Assembly (NCBI GenBank): GCA_964036045.1
Contig: OZ038378.1
Coordinates: 158,596,001 to 158,660,000, forward strand
DNA: 64,000 nucleotides
Direction of reading: 5' to 3'
From: Eutreptiella sp. 'Long Island Sound 2002'
Lineage: Eukaryota; Protista; Euglenida
In this document: positions 23,201 through 31,737 of the stretch, piece by piece
Numbering within the stretch: position 1 is the first letter of the stretch
How the letters are laid out: every line of letters starts with the position of its first letter
The notes under the pieces: model-generated
Told to the model about the DNA's origin: nothing
Databases searched by the model: none
Seen by the model: only the letters and a program-made list of their open reading frames with translations
Translations under genes and position numbers: made by a program

Positions 23201-23896
23201 AGACAGTAACCACAAAAAGCCCTGGTCGGGCATGGGGATAGGGGAATCACGTATATCAGGCAGGACAGCCAAAAAATGACGAGTACCCTCAGGTATCAAC
23301 TGGAGATTCTCCCATACAGGGTCCAAAGGGAGAGACACTGTAGAGCAGAGCGCAGGGCTATGCAACCATACATTGACTCCAGACAGGCATACCATGATGA
23401 ATCTCTGCACATAGGAAGGGGGACAAGGGAACAAAGGGGGAGGCGGATGTGCCTTCGCCACTAACCAAGACAGCGGTTTGGAAAAGGCAGCAGCCCGCAA
23501 CGACGCAACAGCAGCTTCAGAATTGAAAAGTAAAGCGTCAGAATATTCAGAGGCTTCCGAAAACATCCATAGCTTTGCTTGGTAACCTGAAATCTCGAAA
23601 TGGTGTTGCCATTGGTCTGGGGGGTAGTGGGGCAGTTGCAGTGGACGGTATGTGTCATGGAAATTCACAGGATCATGCAGGGCACATTCAACAATATGAG
23701 AAGCGAGTGCCATTTTTGACTCCAGGCGTTTGATTACCTCAATTGCCTCAACCAATTCCAAATCAGAATTGCCAGCATCCTCTATGGAGTGTGCATCGTG
23801 ATCGGAAAACTCTGGTGCAGCAGGACAGGCGATGACGGGAACGGGATTGCTACGGGCGCTTGGTTGATGCACGCAAAGATTTTCGTCAAGCTGCAC
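20213..23896 (-). CDS. PLE ORF2: GIY-YIG endonuclease, CxC linker, reverse transcriptase (1227 aa, no stops; frame open up to 24055)
   Basis: VYVMVH...VYVGKT...RLRKH (GIY-YIG); PPCFCS; EADCKEQF (motif A); GAIPMGGSFS (motif B); QFRDNLVV (motif C). Confidence 0.9.
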   Translation of the reverse strand: MQLDENLCVHQPSARSNPVPVIACPAAPEFSDHDAHSIEDAGNSDLELVEAIEVIKRLESKMALASHIVECALHDPVNFHDTYRPLQLPHYPPDQWQHHFEISGYQAKLWMFSEASEYSDALLFNSEAAVASLRAAAFSKPLSWLVAKAHPPPPLFPCPPSYVQRFIMVCLSGVNVWLHSPALCSTVSLPLDPVWENLQLIPEGTRHFLAVLPDIRDSPIPMPDQGFLWLLSPDDPEYTPLLPHSVTRLASAEFQGKCWLLYGSPEAVSVLSDVQRCRLHCFFKARRRGTSRLWSREPESDARLRLYTHGAQRALTATNLGVWANIVQQRIPHLPYHTNPVLRLIRGLSHTGCWQLGTPPPVLLVYVMVHVHMLCVYVGKTHLAPVQRLRKHGTTATEGAEDSRFHAMLRQTGLHEWTPIPLQYVCDDVEGCFVEREWWFRLKRWALNDNAPAVPADVHRGPPSAQKSKRLQQLLEQIRVAQQDGDFAKKRAISNELTSLATDLDIPLVRTTPVIVPYLKPSQTPYITRAINQLVRSKGLSLAQRQAILSRIVVVRSVPLTVRRAFESGANKQGVQTGRPPCFCSASHMSVWSAGGDVTRVQGHFCLLPVRIDHLDTTLRANDPLPCNGDLSRKGAIKSLHQLAAVLGVPPLSDDHVSLLLPRSEFSEGAELRRRVQMLARDLSQVAVVRIVDKGPSQMWGFCRRWAWDELQNFLVQQGYTRESRDMPEVLRDLHNAISTNNWALGTKGKLALLYLIGKAKSQVPAEVLWRPIAAAAAPVVSRQKLRVAARAFTLFVRTLAAEIPGSFLTLRLQDMGAWLQKLGKWGAEFIGEADCKEQFNVIPPSSVLQHMRDAAIWLTTRRRWRATTLVWSIHKTNKSHDRAGEGKRGTFHVLSRNDLISLVEFSLSQDNVVVAAGELWRRTGAIPMGGSFSAQSADLHSVWCCKLRVDLLRRWGRFSKTSDGVVQWSAGDTLFALQQFRDNLVVASQGPEATDVMKPVCSVLEEVWSLKVVCDCRSKNPDLPCTGACMRKSLTAMGISVHLGSLDVLAHAHPNALGKQWNLKMGIPLQSFWATTRKRVTNTFIGALCNALPSVATWGGFLLSLVAWMQLAVLSQYPVSVVRSAMICAAVRVLARTPWDTAKTVQWICFITGRLPQDMSFSVADLWGWLRRTAEWRLGFYASWHVPHEGPCTEWCSDWAADGDTLCALANSALVGWGVHRGRGVH

Positions 23897-23916
23897 ATGG
23901 GAAACGCACTGGGATG

Positions 23917-25227
23917 CTAAACTCTGGCCTTTGGGGGCCGGGCGCCGAGGACTGATGGCGGCATGCGTGAACCTTGCAGGACAGCGGGCAGTCCATTGCG
24001 CAGAGTGCGTGCCGTGGTACCAGAAGATCGCAGGCCTCGTGCTGTAGCATTCATTTCACTGCCTGCCCATTCTCCCAGCCAATCCAGCATTCGCTCCCAC
24101 TTACTGTCGCCCCATTCTGTCACTACTGCCTCAACAATGTCCGAATGCCATATAGTGGTGACTTCTGACTGCTCCAGGGGTTTCAGTGAGAGCCACCACT
24201 TTGCAGATGACGAGCTTGACCGCTTGTTAGGTGTCTCTGGGGGGTCCCTACCTGTAGCAGACCTCTTACCACTCACCGGAGCCTGAACCATGGCCGTATC
24301 TGGATCTTGCGATACGACGATTGGAGAACCTGGAGAACCCCCTTCTATATGTGAACTGCTTTGTCACTGGAGAAGATCCTCAAATTTGCTCGCGTGCATC
24401 GGCCATGTTTCCTGCAAGAAATCCTCGAAAGATTTATTAAGCGAATCCTGCTTTTTCTCCAAGGCTTTGGAAGCCCGCACATGCTTGTCATAGGCAACAA
24501 GATGATCTTCAAAAGATTTTTTCATGTCAGCAGATGCTTTCTCCTGAGCAGACCTCCACTGCATCAGGCCTTGAACTCGAGATGTCAGGGATTCCAAATC
24601 TCATTTCATTTCCGGCAAAGGTGCGACCGCGGACTGAAGAGATGCAACCTGTGACTTCAATGTTGCAATATCCTGAGCGTGACCGGCTGCAGAGGCTTTG
24701 TGGGTGTCAAATTCATCGCGTAGTGCAGAAGATTTTTGTTGCTCCTGTGCTAATGTCTCTGGAACCCTGCGCAGGCAGTCATGATAATTGTGCCCCCGTG
24801 TTCCGCACCATAGACACACGCCGTATTGCGCTTGCCCACCCTCTGGCTCGTGAATTGGCGCACCGTCGACGGCGCATTTCGCTGTGCAGTGGTCGTCTGT
24901 GCCACATCTCAGACACCAAACTGCAGTAACCGGGGCTGAGGATCTCGGGTTGGCTCCCATGGTTTCCGCGTAACGGTGACATTCTCTCACCTAGTGCTGG
25001 TCTGATCCACACAGCAGGCAAACACCTTTTTGCATACGGTCTGCTCTAACAGGACAAGCTGACGCATAATGGAGTTCACCACAGGACCAGCAAGGTTGAA
25101 TAGAACGCTTAACAGGGGAAGCAGAAGACACGGCTGCACCGGCGTCGGACCGCTTGGGACATTCATATGGTCGATGACCGCTCTTGTGACAAATGCCACA
25201 GATAACAGGCTTACTGAAAGTTTGCAT
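23917..25227 (-). pseudogene. PLE ORF1: Gag-like, five CCHC knuckles plus coiled coil; one 437-codon frame with three internal stops
   Basis: Track ORFs 24991-25227, 24601-24990, 24364-24597 and 23917-24291 are all in one frame; stops TAG 24993-24991, TGA 24603-24601, TGA 24366-24364. Confidence 0.8.
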
Positions 25228-25368
25228 ACCCCAACTAAGAAATTGCAGTCAAAAGTTGAGAGAGATCTTGATACCCTGTGTACACTACGATGGTCTGACG
25301 AAATTCGAAAGCGGATGTGTCAATCGCGCCGAACGGAAGCAACTTGCTGCGCCAACGGCTGCGGCGTC

Positions 25369-25611
25369 CCCGCTGCGGGATACGAGAGTTGAATGCTACA
25401 CTGCTAAAGCAAGCAGGCGAGTGCAATACAACAAAGTCAGAACAAAAAGCTCTTCAGTGACATTGCCATAGGCGCCTTTCACTGTGAAACAGAAGGTACC
25501 CCGAGGTACAGTGCAGATGGGGGCTCATTCCTGTGACACGCACAAAGCTACTCCTACTGAAATGTCGGACACACAAATCAAATACATCAGACCAACATCA
25601 GTGCACCCCCC
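25369..25611 (-). repeat. 5' pseudo-LTR (243 bp)
   Basis: See 3' copy. Confidence 0.95.
25448..25483 (-). ncRNA. Hammerhead ribozyme core, type II permutation (5' pLTR copy; G10.1-U11.1 wobble)
   Basis: Same as 20063-20098, except C11.1 is U. Confidence 0.6.
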
Positions 25612-27006
25612 CCCTTGTCCTAGCTATGCAAAAGTCCCAAATTAATACAGTCCCTACGCCTACTGTAGCTTGGACAAGGGCGTAGCTTGCGCGACACACA
25701 TGAAACTACCGGCATGGTGAGCCTCAACCAGCATGACGAAGACGAGAGGACTCTGGGCTGAGCCGCTCACTGCTCGCTGCATGTTTTAGCATATACCGGG
25801 GTTTGAACCAGCGACCGATCGCAATGCCAATCCTCTGCGTTACTGTTCTACCCCATCGCACACCTACTTGCTGCCACTGGCCATAGGGGCGGTCCCCGCG
25901 TCGGTCCAGTCTCGTTACCAATCCAGGGGCTATGGGGGCACTGCAGCCCTCCAGCTGCTGCCCTTATGGCGCAGCTTGTGGGCGCTGAGTTGCTGTCACC
26001 GCGGTGGAGCCCTTCGCGGTCCCGTTCCTAATCCAGGGACTATGGAGGCACTGTAGCTACTCCCTGCCGCCACTGCCCACACGGGCAGCACCGTTGTGTG
26101 GCCCATTGGGGCCCGCACTCCCCCCAGTGGCCAAGGGGGAGAACGGGGGGGGGGGGGCTAAAGCGGCACTCAGAGGTCGCCAGTCCGCACCGTGGCACAC
26201 ACTTGAGCGGGCAGCGAGTGGTGAGAGGCTCACACCCGAGTCCCATGGCCACGGAGAGCGCGTGGCGGCTAAAGCGAGGGAAACTGAGTGACCGGACGAG
26301 GATGGTCCCGAGTGGCCCCAGGAGCGACCCGCCTGGATGGGCAGGGGCAGTCATTTGCACGGCGATGGAGGCTGCAGAGCAGCAGGTGGCGCCTGCCCGT
26401 GTGGGCACAGAGGGATGAGGGCGAACAAGGCCCAGAGCGGCCTCAAACCTCGCGCCCCATGCCTTGGGCCTTGGGCGCCGCGACGAGGTGGGGCCACGGG
26501 CCGGTTGCGTTCCAACCAACCAATCAAGCCCCCCCCCCCCCCCCCCCCTTCAAGCCGCGAGGCGGGTGCGGCTGATGCAAGAAAGGGGGATATGGTGCAC
26601 AAATATCCCCAAAATCAGAGCTATGTGGGTTCAACTGGGCAAACACTCACAACAAATGTGTCCATGACTCTATGTAACTGGCGAATTTGTCACCAAACCC
26701 ATGTCTTATGTGGCCGCACTACATTTGGTACCGAATTAAATTAGGTCCCAAATTAATACGGTCCCTATGCCTACTGTAGCTTGGCCATAGAACAGTGGAA
26801 AGGTCAGCAATAGGTCCCCACCGACAGACCTATGCCCTCAATCAGCAAGTATCACGCGGCGGAGCCGCGGCAAACATTGTCCCATCTGTCCAGCGAAGCG
26901 CCACAGCCCTCCTTCGGATACGGCGCCGGAGGCGCCGCCACAGTTCTTCAGGATAGGTCAGGTCGCCCTCCCTACCCTCAGCAGGGCGTAGCTAGGACAA
27001 AGGGGG
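25606..27006. mobile_element. pogo-family MITE with nested insertions
   Basis: Ends (C)nTTGTCCTAGCTATGC...GCGTAGCTAGGACAAAGGGGG; 25615-25715 and 26586-26784 match the intact copy at 59463-59833. Confidence 0.8.
26785..26982 (-). mobile_element. 3'-end fragment of a LINE related to 31565-34642
   Basis: Shares GGTCCCCACCGACAGACC and GATACGGCGCCGGAGGCGCCGC with the 3' UTR at 31565-31700; splits CCTACTGTAGCTTGG from GGGCGTAGCT. Confidence 0.75.
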
Positions 27007-27110
27007 CCGCAAGCAGGTCATAAAGCGCTCCACACATGTACGTCCTGGTATGCATATGCAGCAATGACAAAAGGGGGGGGTAGGTTCAGGAGTTTGGAGC
27101 ATCATGAGAC

Positions 27111-27455
27111 CTTCATGTTGTGCACCCCATCCATGAACCGGGATGCCTCCTCTGCATAGAGTTCTGTGGGGACCGTGTCAGCACCGGAGCTGCCAAAACG
27201 GAGCCATTTTGGCCACCAACTGCGGGTTCTTGCGGGGAGCTCAGGCACAGCATCTGTTGGGGTCGTGCTCAAGGCTGGGCTGTTGTGCCGTGTGTGGGGC
27301 CACGCTGGCGTTGTGTACGGCAGGGCCACCAGGCCACAAATGAGCAGCAGAGCGCTGCATACAACAATGTGCAGCCGCCCACCAGAAGGGGCGGGCACAA
27401 CGCCTGCAGGGCCCAGCAGGGACTGCTCACATAGCATTGGGTCGTTCCATGCCAT
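27111..27455 (-). CDS. Tandem SAM methyltransferase gene, exon 1 (start, type II transmembrane anchor); linkage to downstream exons inferred
   Basis: Polypyrimidine CAG acceptor 4 nt before the ATG; MAWNDP...LHIVVCSALLLICGLVALPY (TM)...HNMK|GT; phase-compatible with exon 2; donor (GTCTCA) is weak. Confidence 0.6.
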
Positions 27456-28014
27456 GGTCCTGCGGATGAAAAGCAGAAAAAGATCACTCCCAAAGTATCC
27501 CACACGCCAGAACATATCCAGCGGAGCCATCTGAACACTGATAAAGAATTGTTCAGCCATGTGCGAACCTTGCAATAAACTGGAGAGCGTCTTGCTGTGT
27601 CTTGCTGCAATATCCCCAAGAAGCCCAATGGATCATCCACACCAAAGAGGGAAGGAGGTGTTCAGTTGAGAACAACTTGCAAGCGAAAGCTATGTTGTCA
27701 CACCAAAGAAACAAGGGGGATTGCTCCCACAAGCCAAAAAAATTGGTTTCGCTTTTGCCGACGCATCTGAGATTGTGTGAAGTGCAAAAAGACCCGGTTG
27801 CTAGAATGCAGGTCCTGAAAAGGTCCTTAGAACCTACCCCATCAGCCCCCCCCCCCCCCTGCCTACCCCCCTAATCTGCAGTTTTTCGGGGCCATAGGAC
27901 GACACTCCTCGGGGCTCAGAACCCAGGGTTGCAAGGTGCACAAACATGGAAACATGCAAACTCAAAGAAGGTACCCCCCCCTCCCCTTTCGCAAGCACCA
28001 GGAAAGTCAAGAAA

Positions 28015-28810
28015 GTGACGGTCAGACCGGGTCCTGGTGCTTAGACAAGGCGGTGCTAGAGCGCAACACGCGGTACCAAAAGAACGCATGTCGCGAAAAC
28101 CTCGCAAATTGTAATTCCTCGGCTGTGGTCAAGGTAATACGGGGGGCGTTCAGCCGTGGTGGCAAGCCCCCAACCAAAAGGCAAAGGAGCTGGGGGGTAG
28201 GACCAGTACGAACCCGGGGGGAACGTGTTGGTGAACGCCCTCGTGTTCCCAAGGCCTCTGGGCTTGCCTCTTATGGCGATGGCGATGGGTTGCGGATTGG
28301 GAAGAGTACACGGTCAAAAGGGGCATGATGCTCAAGCTCATGCCCATTCCTCATGGACTTCAAATGAATGAAATCTTCCCCACGAGTAGAACGGGTGATA
28401 ATAGTGGCAGGCGCCTACTCACCGGTGGACCGGATGTACATGACAGCCAAGCCAAGCCAAACAACATTAGTCATGGCTGAAAATCAGACCAAAATAAAGA
28501 GCAATGGGGTGCAAGCAGAATGTCGTTATGAGCAGGAGGACTCATCACAATCATGACACAGCCCCTCTTTCCTTGTAGAATCGGCCCACAATCACGCTTT
28601 GCCTAGTTTCTAACCATTAAAATTGTGGTCGGAAAATTCGGTAAAAGTGACGGTCAGACCGGGTCTTAGTGCTTGGACAAGGCGGTGCTTGCGCAAGGGC
28701 CATGAGCAACGGATACTGAGCTTGCATATACCCCCATGTCACAGGCATATGGTCATAGCCACCATTCTTAGTTTATTGTTTTGCCTTGCTGCATTGCAGC
28801 ACAAACCAGA
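28015..28810 (+). repeat. Dispersed repeat family (blocks at ~28015, ~28646; third copy ~55035-55145)
   Basis: AGTGACGGTCAGACCGGGTC...GACAAGGCGGTGCT occurs twice; GGGCCATGAG(G)CAACGGATACTG...TTTTGCCTTGCTGCA is shared with 55035. Confidence 0.6.
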
Positions 28811-29710
28811 CCAAATCCTCTCCGAGCTCTATATGTCCCCGGCACCGATATACCTGGGGCCATGCACGAAAGGGGGGCACAAACCCACCCACCCCCTCAA
28901 CAGAATAGACTAAAAACTGCCTACGAGAGTGGGCAAACAAAATTTGGCACAAGGGCCAACAAGTGAAAAACACCAAGCTATTTGTTGTGTTGAAGCCTCC
29001 GCAAATTGGGTGCATGCTTCGTACACAATTGCAAACAACGCTTCAAGCAATTGATAGTAACACGCGCAAATGGTAGCAAGATCCCAGGTTAGATGCGGCA
29101 CACATCTTGGCGTCCACTAACCTACCCCCCCCCCCCTTGTATAAGCTACGCCCATGTACGGAATTATTACGGTCCCTACGCCTACTGTAGCTTGGACAAG
29201 GGCGTAGCTTACGCGCAATAAATACAACTACCGACACACACGTGCGCGCGCGCATGGTACCCCCCCCCCTTGTATAAGCTACGCCAATGTACGGAATTAT
29301 TACGGTCCCTACGCCTACTGTAGCTTGGACAAGGGCGTAGCTTACGCGCAATAAATACAACTACCGACACACACGTGCGCGCGCGCATGGTATGAGTGCA
29401 CCTTGACCTCCGCCCACATTACCAAGTGCATGCAAACACAAGAAGGCCTTGGGAACATGAAAATTTCAGGTTTACACAAATGTTGGCACAAGCAATGAGG
29501 AATGCGAAGCCTACAAATGTTCGGCTTGGAAACCTTCTTGCGATCATACACCATGCGGAACAATTGCACATGCTCACCACTTGAAGATGCCTTTGGCTGA
29601 GGCTTAGGGGCTGGTTTGGGCTTGGGCAACGTCAAATTCTTGGGAATGAAATTGCCTTGCATGTGGCCCCTTGTAAAATACAACTTACCATCGAAGACAT
29701 GGGCCATTTG

Positions 29711-30686
29711 TCACACGCCTCGGGCAGCCTTAGCCCAAACAACTTCAGTGGGCTCATCATCGGAGTCATCGGAATCATCACTTGAGGAAGATTCAGAAAT
29801 GGGACCATCATCATCGGTGTCCGTCCCGGAATCAGAATCAGAATCAGAACTTGAATCGGAATCAGAATTGGCAAAATACTTCAAATCCTCAAGCTCCGAC
29901 AACTTCATCCCCTTGGGGAAGTAAGCCGCACGGCACGCGGCCCTAATATCATCCTCCGTGATGGCATTGAATGCCTCCAAAACCCATGTGGCGGTTTCCT
30001 CACGGGAAGGGATGGGGACGGGCCCTTGTTTCCTTTTTTCCCCCATCAATTTGTCTTCCACCCACTCGGCATAGTTCTCCTCCAAAGAGGATTTGAAGGA
30101 CCCATTGATCATTTTTTTGTCACATGCTTGAATGTACGGAGTACAATTTGGGGCCGTGATGTAAAGCCACAAATTGGCATTCTTGAAGGCAAGGGCAACG
30201 GATGCATGCATGTGGGCAGGGGCCCCATCAGCCGTAAAAACACATTGCTCACCCTCTCCCAAAGGAATGGCATGCCGCAAAGTTTCCTTAACAATATATA
30301 GCATGGATGCCTCATTGGTCTTGCCCTTCTTGGTGACCGTTTGCACCATGCGCCGCATCTTCCGGTTCAACCCGGTGACCTCCCTTTTAATTCGCCCTTC
30401 CGTTTCGCCCTTCCAAATCAACACCGGCTTTAACTTTACCACCCGGCCCAACTTGATACATGGGTCGTTATCTTCATCCGTTCCATGTTCCAATTTGACA
30501 GCAAACTGCAAAAAGGCGGTGATGTTGTTCTTGTGGCGGCCGTTGATGCGCACCACAACGCGGTGCGCGGACTTGTCATCCAAACACTTCCCGGAAAGTG
30601 GCTCCAACGACACCTGGGTTTCGTCGCCGTTGGCCATCCATTGGACCTTCTTTGTCCGAATGGTGCGGTGTAGAACAGCACGATAC
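29711..30686 (-). CDS. pogo-like transposase, catalytic exon (DDE_1-like, acidic tail)
   Basis: TAG acceptor at 30689-30687; NGDET...KPVLIWKG...TADGAPAH...TPYIQACDKK gives the D..D..D triad; no HTH domain seen. Confidence 0.85.
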
Positions 30687-30706
30687 CTACAGTGACAGGT
30701 GGAAAG

Positions 30707-30975
30707 CATCAGACTAAAAATTAAAAATTCCCGGTGCACCAGCAAGGGGCCACATGTGCTGAAATTTGCAATTCAGGACCAATGGGATGTATCAAACTAA
30801 AAAAAAAAAATTCTTGGTGCACCAGCAGGGGGCCACATGTGCTGAAATTTGCAATTCAGGACCTATGGGATGCATCAGACGGAAAAAAAAATTCGTGGTG
30901 CACCAGCAGGGGGCCACATGTGCTGAAATTTGCAATTCAGGACCTATGGGATGCATCAGACTAAAAAAAAAAAAG
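30707..30975 (+). repeat. Three ~82-bp tandem units in the transposase intron
   Basis: GGTGCACCAGCAGGGGCCACATGTGCTGAAATTTGCAATTCAGGACC at 30733, 30816 and 30897. Confidence 0.9.
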
Positions 30976-31022
30976 AAGTGCTCCATGGTGAGCTGCCCCC
31001 ATGCGGCAGCCCTGGGGGGACC

Positions 31023-31327
31023 TTCGTGGTGTGCCCGGGCTTGGGACACGGCTCAGCCACCACCTCTGGTTCATGAGGAACTTCAGCAACGGTGGGAGGG
31101 ATCGGCGGTGTGTCCGGCTCGGGGGAGGGAGATGGGGACCGGATGAAGAACTCGATTTTTGAGAGGGGGGCACAGGGGTGTGTGACCACCTGCCCACTCT
31201 TCATGTACTCCAATACCGCAAACTGGTCCCCCTTCTCTGATGGTCCCTTCATTGTAGCATCCACACGGTCACCGGTGGAACGTGTGAAAATAACTGGACG
31301 GCCAGGTTCAAAAAGAGAAGATTGCAT
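31023..31327 (-). CDS. First exon of the pogo element: unknown ~50-aa domain plus Pro-rich linker
   Basis: CAG acceptor 6 nt before the ATG; MQSSLFEPGRPVIFTRSTGDRVDAT...; homologous to 39881-39720. Splice phase to the catalytic exon unresolved. Confidence 0.55.
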
Positions 31328-31737
31328 GGTGAGCTGATGCAAGAAAGGGGAATATAAAGCACAAATATTCCCAAAATCAGAGCCATGTGGGTTGAAGTGG
31401 GTGAAGGCTTGCAACAAATGTGTCCATGGCCCCATCTAATTGGCAAATCTGTCACCAAACCCATGTCTTTTGTGGCCGCACTACATACCGTACGCAATTA
31501 AAATTACGTACACAATTATTACAGTCCCTACGCCTACTGTAGCTTGGACAAGGGCGTAGCTTATCCATGAGCGATGGAAAGTCCAGCGACAGGTCCCCAC
31601 CGACAGACCCACGCTCTCACAATGTGCAGAGTCATCAATACGGCGGCGAAGCCGCCGCCACAGATCGTTCACAGATACGGCGCCGGAGGCGCCGCAACAG
31701 ATAGTGCTGCTCTCCCTCCCTTCGGTCAAGTGCACTT

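Larger units (their letters stand above)
19984..25611 (-). mobile_element. Penelope-like retroelement, endonuclease-first (Naiad/Chlamys-type domain order), with two pseudo-LTRs
   Basis: 243-bp direct repeats at both ends; ORF2 with GIY-YIG, CxC linker and RT; zinc-knuckle ORF1; lies in intron 1 of the methyltransferase gene. Confidence 0.85.

Noticed and set aside
24364-24603. In-frame UGAs as selenocysteine (as reported for some Naiads)
   Set aside because: Neither UGA is at a Cys position of a knuckle, the third stop is UAG, and no SECIS was identified.
9645-27110. Euglenoid non-conventional introns
   Set aside because: All introns needed for the gene models have GT-AG ends; no non-canonical junction was required.
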